25,112 nt of DNA from a virus. Taxonomy: Duplodnaviria > Heunggongvirae > Uroviricota > Caudoviricetes. The notes below the pieces were generated by a model. It worked only from the letters and a program-made list of their open reading frames with translations, had not been told where the DNA came from and searched no databases. The translations under genes were made by a program, and so were the position numbers. This document shows positions 24,043 through 25,112 of the stretch, piece after piece. The DNA lies in the IMG/VR virus record IMGVR_UViG_2703718778_000012; one strand, given 5' to 3'. How positions within the stretch are numbered: position 1 is the first letter of the stretch; every line of letters starts with the position of its first letter.

Positions 24043-25112
24043 GCACAAAATTTTATACCCTGCTGACGGATATTGGCGCGGCGAAACTTGCCAGCGCCGC
24101 CGCGCTCGGTGTGCCTTTAAAAATTACCCATATGGCGGTCGGCGATGGCGGCGGAACATTGCCAACGCCGGACGCAAAGCAGACAGCATTAGTAAATGAG
24201 AAACGCCGGGCTGCGCTGAATATGCTCTATATCGACCCGCAGAACAGCAGCCAGATTATTGCTGAACAGGTGATCCCTGAAAACGAGGGCGGTTGGTGGA
24301 TACGTGAAGTGGGCCTGTTTGATGAGTCCGGGGCATTGATTGCCGTGGGCAACTGCCCGGAAAGCTATAAGCCGCAACTGGCTGAAGGCAGCGGGCGTAC
24401 CCAGACCGTGCGCATGGTGCTGATTACCAGCAGCACGGACAATATCACCCTGAAAATCGACCCTGCCGTAGTGCTGGCAACCCGCAAGTATGTGGATGAC
24501 AAGGTACTGGAACTGAAGGTGTACGTGGATGACCTGATGGCAAAACATCTTGCCGCACCGGACCCGCATTCACAGTATGCACCCAAAGAAAGTCCGACGT
24601 TTACCGGAACCCCCAAAGCGCCAACGCCAGCGGCGGGGAATAATACCACGCAGCTTGCGACCACCGCATTTGTTCAGGCGGCACTGACGGCTCTTATTAA
24701 TGGTGCGCCAGCCACGCTGGACACGCTGAAAGAAATAGCCGTAGCCATTAACAATGATCCGAAATTTAGTACCACCATTAACAATGCGCTGGCACTGAAA
24801 GCGCCTCTGTCGAGTCCGGCACTCACCGGAACGCCAACAGCCCCCACGGCGGCGCAGTCGGTCAACAATACACAGATTGCCACTACGGCTTTTGTGAAAT
24901 CGGCGATTGCAGGAATGGTGGGTTCTGCACCTGCGGCACTGGATACACTGAACGAACTGGCGGCGGCACTGGGGAATGATCCGAACTTTGCCACGACAAT
25001 GCTTAATGCGCTGGCAGGTAAACAACCGCTGGACAATACGCTGACTAATTTGAGTGGAAAGGATGTAGCTGGTCTTCTCACATACCTTGGTTTGGGAGAA
25101 GGTTCGGCATTA
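24039..25112 (+). CDS. H: Tail fibre protein H, 5' partial (continues past window end)
   Basis: Open frame from ATG 24039 (overlapping the I stop) to the window edge: MSTKFYTLLTDIGAAKLASAAALGVPLKITHMAVGDGGG... is a conserved P2-type tail-fibre N-terminus, followed by fibre repeats. Absent from the ORF track because it has no stop within the window. Confidence 0.85.
   Translation, partial: MSTKFYTLLTDIGAAKLASAAALGVPLKITHMAVGDGGGTLPTPDAKQTALVNEKRRAALNMLYIDPQNSSQIIAEQVIPENEGGWWIREVGLFDESGALIAVGNCPESYKPQLAEGSGRTQTVRMVLITSSTDNITLKIDPAVVLATRKYVDDKVLELKVYVDDLMAKHLAAPDPHSQYAPKESPTFTGTPKAPTPAAGNNTTQLATTAFVQAALTALINGAPATLDTLKEIAVAINNDPKFSTTINNALALKAPLSSPALTGTPTAPTAAQSVNNTQIATTAFVKSAIAGMVGSAPAALDTLNELAAALGNDPNFATTMLNALAGKQPLDNTLTNLSGKDVAGLLTYLGLGEGSAL
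24591..25035 (+). repeat. Two tandem protein-level tail-fibre repeats (about 70 aa each) inside H
   Basis: SPTFTGTPKAPTPAAGNNTTQLATTAFVQAAL...APATLDTLKEIAVAINNDPKFSTTINNALALKAP is followed by SPALTGTPTAPTAAQSVNNTQIATTAFVKSAI...APAALDTLNELAAALGNDPNFATTMLNALAGKQP. The copies are conserved at protein level and diverged at nucleotide level. Confidence 0.6.

Noticed and set aside
24189-25081. Several minus-strand ORFs (99-151 aa) antisense to tail fibre H
   Set aside because: Highly Arg/Cys-rich nonsense translations opposite a clearly coding plus-strand frame; no start context.
1-25112. Searched for tRNA genes, attachment-site cores and insertion-sequence termini
   Set aside because: No tRNA-like cloverleaf or inverted-repeat transposon ends noticed; the window begins exactly at the int stop codon, so attL should lie just outside it.

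Overview
This window reads as most of a P2/186-like (peduovirus-type) temperate prophage from an enterobacterial host, starting at the stop codon of the integrase and running in prophage order. The backbone is: int (-), 186-type CI repressor (-), apl/cII early operon (+), TraR-like zinc finger, Dam methylase, rolling-circle initiator A, an SOS-box-controlled tum/DinI-like pair, a cos-like site, portal Q and terminase P (-), then O N M L X, a holin / SAR-endolysin / Rz-Rz1 lysis cassette, R S V W J I and the 5' part of tail fibre H, which runs off the window end. Calls rest on reading the six-frame translations against remembered P2/186 proteins and on motifs visible in the sequence; no database search was run. 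Five AT-rich cargo insertions interrupt this GC-rich backbone. They are: (1) a membrane-anchored coiled-coil protein with a C-terminal GIY-YIG/T5orf172-like nuclease domain between cI and int; (2) the LexA-regulated tum/DinI-like module after gene A; (3) a 246-aa zinc-ribbon protein upstream of cos; (4) a three-gene operon (HNH nuclease, unknown 219-aa protein, minimal nucleotidyltransferase) between the cos-like site and Q; and (5) a 268-aa multi-pass membrane protein between S and V. Insertion (4) is the strongest candidate for an undescribed defence or toxin-antitoxin-like system, with (1), (3) and (5) as further candidates.
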